Assembly (NCBI GenBank): GCA_964512695.1
Contig: CAZEJU010000004.1
Location: 12,656-76,655 of the forward strand
From: an uncultured Gammaproteobacteria bacterium
GTDB taxonomy: Bacteria > Patescibacteriota > Microgenomatia > Levybacterales > UBA12049
Direction of reading: 5' to 3'
Length of the DNA stretch: 64,000 nucleotides
The position numbers were made by a program, and so were the translations under genes. Under the pieces are notes generated by a model that did not search any database, was not told where the DNA came from, and was given only the letters and a program-made list of their open reading frames with translations. Positions 62,046 to 64,000 of the stretch are shown piece by piece. Position 1 is the first letter of the stretch; each line of letters opens with the position of its first letter.

Positions 62046-62271
62046 GCACCTCCCTCATGAAAAATCGAGTATTCATGCCTAACTATTATAACTTTATTAA
62101 CTTTGAAAAGCAAAAACTGGCACAAACTTGCTATCGAGTTTTTCTAAATAAATTAGAATAGCGTCTATGTCTACCACCTACGTTTGACAAACTCCCTCTA
62201 GATATAAACTGTCAAATGGTTTGTCCTCGCAAAGAAAACTTTAGCGCCATCGGGTGGAAAAAGTAAAAAAT

Positions 62272-63654
62272 TTACTCAGGAAGCAGTTTTCCAGGATTTA
62301 ATATTCCTTTTGGATCAAGTAAATCCTTAAGTGCATGCATTAAATGAAGACTTGTCGGGTGTTCAATGGAAAGAAATTTTCTTTTTCCTATACCCACTCC
62401 ATGTTCTCCTGTCGTTGTTCCACCAACATTAATTGCGAACTTGATTAACTCTTCATTAAGCTTTACTACTCTTTTCCAGGACTCATCGTTACTAAGCTCA
62501 TATAATGCCCATCCATGAAAGTTTCCATCTCCCATATGACCAAACATCACTGTTTGCAATTCATACTTTTTTGAGACTTCTTTCGCTTTTTCAAGCAAAT
62601 TTGATACTTGTGATACAGGCACACCGACTTCCGCTGATAATACACCTATATTGGGAAGCAGAGTGGAAAGAACTGGCCGTACAGCTCTTCTGTACTCCCA
62701 CAATTTTGTCAGCTCGTCTTTTGTAGTAAATCCCTGATAATAGATTGCATTATTGTTTTCGCAAATGGATTGTATATGAGTCATATGCAAGGCTAGAACT
62801 TTTTTATTTCCATGCAGCTCAATAAGTAATGTCGGTTTTTCATGTAATTTCGTGCCTTTTGCTTTATTAACCAGCATGACATAGGTATCATCCATAAATT
62901 CAACAGAAGCAGGTTTTATATCTGATTTCAATAAATCAAGACACGTATTTGCAGCAGCAGTGTAACTTGAAAATGAGGCAAGTACAGCAATCTTTGATTC
63001 CGGTAAGGGTGTTAACTTTAATACTGCTTCAGTTATAACACCTAGCGTTCCTTCAGAGCCAATGAAGAGACGTTTCAAGTCGTATCCGGAAACCGACTTA
63101 AAAGATCTGCTTCCTAGCCGAATTATAGTACCGTCTACAAGCACAACCTCAAGCTCTAAGACAGCATCTCCGACAACCCCGTATTTTACTGCATGCATAC
63201 CGCCTGCATTATTAGCAATCATTCCTCCGATAGTTGCTAAATGTTTACTTCCTGGAGCAGCAGCAAACCATAAATTATAAGGTCTCAATTGTCTATCCAG
63301 TTCTTCGCCTATTATTCCTGGTTGTACGCGTACTTGTAAATCTTTCGGAATAACTTCCAAAATTTTATTCATGCGAGTCATGTTCAATACTATTCCGCCG
63401 CTAAGAGGAATGGGATTCCCTTCAAGACTTGATCCTCCTCCCCAGGCAGTTACAGGGATTTTATGCATATTAGCAAGCTTAAGAATTTTACTTACTTGTT
63501 GCGTATTTTTCGGCCAGATAACAATTTCGGGGGAGGCTTTCTTGTGGAACGACATATCTTTCGAGTGTTTTTCCAGATGTTCTTTTTCAAGAGATAGTTG
63601 TTTTTCACTGACAATAGCCGTAAGGCTTTCTATAATATTTCTCGTCATTTTCAT
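62272..63654 (-). CDS. FAD-linked oxidase (GlcD/D-lactate dehydrogenase family)
   Basis: ATIGGMIANNAGG, GSEGTLG, GH.GDGN.H, GEHGVG, NPGK. Confidence 0.92.
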   Translation of the reverse strand: MKMTRNIIESLTAIVSEKQLSLEKEHLEKHSKDMSFHKKASPEIVIWPKNTQQVSKILKLANMHKIPVTAWGGGSSLEGNPIPLSGGIVLNMTRMNKILEVIPKDLQVRVQPGIIGEELDRQLRPYNLWFAAAPGSKHLATIGGMIANNAGGMHAVKYGVVGDAVLELEVVLVDGTIIRLGSRSFKSVSGYDLKRLFIGSEGTLGVITEAVLKLTPLPESKIAVLASFSSYTAAANTCLDLLKSDIKPASVEFMDDTYVMLVNKAKGTKLHEKPTLLIELHGNKKVLALHMTHIQSICENNNAIYYQGFTTKDELTKLWEYRRAVRPVLSTLLPNIGVLSAEVGVPVSQVSNLLEKAKEVSKKYELQTVMFGHMGDGNFHGWALYELSNDESWKRVVKLNEELIKFAINVGGTTTGEHGVGIGKRKFLSIEHPTSLHLMHALKDLLDPKGILNPGKLLPE

Positions 63655-63900
63655 AATCTTACAAACGTAATCACATGATTATACTATAACGCAGAAATAT
63701 AATGAGATTAAAAGTAAATTCGAACATAGTCCCAGATGACCTGTCTCTTCCATTCTTTATGCGCAAAGCTATTATCTCCAGTCATTAGGGGGTGTTAGGA
63801 TATTCTTTTCTTTATGAATTTTATGGAGTGTCGAAAATATATTCATCTCCATAAATCTCATTTATTTAATACCCTGAAAGCAGTATAATTCGAGATAGTT

Positions 63901-64000
63901 ATGGATGAGAAAAAGAAAAAACTTCTTGAATTTATAAAGAAACAAACTCTTGCAGTTATATCTACGACAAATGCCGAAAATAATTCAGAATCGGCTGTAC
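63901..64000 (+). CDS. Pyridoxamine 5'-phosphate oxidase-like protein, partial
   Basis: MDEKKKKLLEFIKKQTLAVISTTNAENNSESAV running off the window edge. Confidence 0.55.
   Translation, partial: MDEKKKKLLEFIKKQTLAVISTTNAENNSESAV

Noticed and set aside
1-64000. CRISPR array, rRNA, transposase, prophage, or TGA recoding
   Set aside because: I saw no repeat-spacer array or such genes. TGA ends full-length genes (e.g. IMPase, mutS), so code 11 fits.

Overview
Low-GC (about 30-35% by eye) bacterial chromosome segment using standard code 11. Gene content suggests Patescibacteria/CPR, probably Microgenomates; this is an inference. Layout: (1) 1-8.5 kb, five GT-C membrane glycosyltransferases plus a GT2. 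(2) 8.8-18 kb, HD hydrolase, ABC exporter, tRNA-Glu, pyrD, Crp/Fnr, VIT1, ppsA. (3) 18-41 kb, a stress and cell-wall region: MazG-like, HD, RRM, IMPase, MshC-like ligase, lon, DUF1003, PBP1A, DD-carboxypeptidase, putative lytic transglycosylase, GDE-like glycosidase, OmpR-type regulator, GAF kinase, Crp, YtxH-like, GlsB, KGG, DUF4112. (4) 42-56.5 kb, housekeeping: SNase, mutS, mutL, hflX, MgtE-N, NRAMP, xseAB. (5) tRNA-Gln followed by accessory genes: HxlR pair, NgoBV-type R-M, Erm-like methylase, FAD oxidase. Two signals stand out. (A) A ~1 kb, ~50-55% GC minus-strand cassette (11641-12640) just after tRNA-Glu, wedged between two truncated genes. It holds a 148-aa Zn-finger plus SAP/HeH-like protein gene, then a ~470-nt highly structured RNA with many GNRA-capped hairpins that I cannot assign to a known class, then a terminator. 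(B) About a dozen CTTAC-N6-CTTAC 11-bp-period repeats upstream of the 18-41 kb stress genes, suggesting a regulon of the local OmpR-family regulator that may include a candidate sRNA at ~33.3 kb.
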